64,000 nucleotides of DNA from Iphione sp. A-MEVVRFRX5 (Eukaryota), in the NCBI GenBank assembly GCA_976226885.1, contig OZ320313.1:52576001-52640000 (forward strand). Direction: 5' to 3'. Both the position numbers and the translations under genes were made by a program. The notes beneath the pieces were generated by a model. It had not been told where the DNA came from, ran no database searches, and was given only the letters and a program-made list of their open reading frames with translations. This document shows positions 63,040-64,000 of this stretch, piece by piece (position 1 is the first letter of the stretch; every line of letters begins with the position of its first letter).

Positions 63040-63420
63040 TTAGGGGTAGGAGGAGGCGGAGGGGAGGAGGAGGAGGAGCGTACGGCTATAGGGTGGCGAT
63101 AACGCTTTGATCCTCCAGGTTACCACGGACGAATTAGACAAGCCGAGCGTTCGCCGCGCCCGAACCGCGCGGTCGTCGACATCACAGACCAGCGCGCTGC
63201 CATGGAAACCGTTCAAGCGGCGGCCATTTTGGCCGCTGAGTGAATGACCCGAACGTTAAGGCTACGGTCGTCTTGTATTTCACATTATCGGCGGAATCAT
63301 TATGACGATCATTGCCGCTAGTCGTGTCAGCCGACCGGCACGGACAATCCGCTGCTTGTGATCTTATTATTTTTAGGGGTGGGCCCCCGATCCGGAGCCC
63401 TCTCCCGTCCCCGGAATTCT
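63040..63420. promoter_or_regulatory. Promoter-like CpG-rich region (GGA tract, X-box-like, YY1)
   Basis: GGA repeats at 63043-63078, GCTGCCATGGAAAC at 63196-63209, GCGGCCATTTTG at 63220-63231, high CpG density. Motif matches only. Confidence 0.4.
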
Positions 63421-63731
63421 TGGCCCTAGCCTCTGAATCATAGACTACTCGATAGATGGCGCGAGCTGGCTTTGTCTTCCCATAGTCATTACTGTAACGA
63501 GATCTCACGATCCGCTGATTCGTTCGGCGATGTCAACTCTATCCAAGTACTGACAAGATTACAGTTCCGGAACGTAGGCTTCCCCCCTCAAACCCTCCCC
63601 TGCCCTTCGACTCTCTCCATATCCCCGACAAGCCCCTCCCGTGACTGTCATTCTCCTCTATGGTGCTGTGAGTTGTGTCCTCATCAGTTCTCAGAGTGCA
63701 TTCTTCCATAGCATCCTCGTCAAACTTTTAA

Positions 63732-63820
63732 TTCTTCTTTTTCTTCGTCTTCTTCTGCTTCTTATTCATCTTCTTGTTCTTTTCCTTCCTTTTCTGTTTC
63801 ACACCTATCTTTACTTCCTC
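63732..63820. repeat. CTT/CT-rich polypyrimidine low-complexity tract
   Basis: ttcttctttttcttcgtcttcttctgcttcttattcatcttcttgttcttttccttcc... Confidence 0.8.
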
Positions 63821-64000
63821 GTGGAACATCACTGCCATTACAGTAGTTGGCTGACCCTCTTCTCTTTACTCTTCATCTCTTTACCTATCGTTGGTCAGGA
63901 TGTTTTGTTTACAAAAAGAAAGTATGGGAAATAGTAAAGACATAGTTAGGTAACGCATGATTATTATTTATAGGAACGTACAAATATAAGTAAGGATGCT

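Noticed and set aside
1-64000. tRNA, tRNA-derived SINE, rRNA, intact transposase or reverse transcriptase
   Set aside because: No paired A-box/B-box or cloverleaf, no rRNA motifs, and no DDE or YxDD-containing ORF recognised by eye.

Overview
This is animal genomic DNA: roughly 40% GC by eye, rich in MITEs, with one 163-N gap. It is probably a lancelet (Branchiostoma-like) or similar invertebrate deuterostome; that is an inference. The whole window appears to lie inside one minus-strand gene, anosmin-1 (ANOS1/KAL1). Four coding exons splice in frame with GT-AG boundaries: 41908-41849 (end of Cys-box), 19638-19428 (WAP domain), 7513-7329 and 3679-3550 (first FnIII repeat). They correspond to human ANOS1 exons 3-6 and share their intron phases. 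Coding sequence is only 586 of 64,000 bp. A manual scan did not find the upstream exons (signal peptide, first Cys-box half) or the downstream exons, so they probably lie outside the window. The introns hold six GGC-terminated, TAA/TTA-flanked PIF/Harbinger-type MITEs (one nested pair, one pair sharing a TTA), one TA-flanked Tc1/mariner-like MITE, microsatellites, and several CpG-rich islands dense in transcription-factor motifs. The other ORFs in the supplied track look spurious. I found no CRISPR array, tRNA, rRNA or intact transposase, and I cannot support a claim of a new multi-gene system. The best leads are an about 10-fold excess of TACATGTA, repeated RFX X-boxes, and the MITE insertion patterns.
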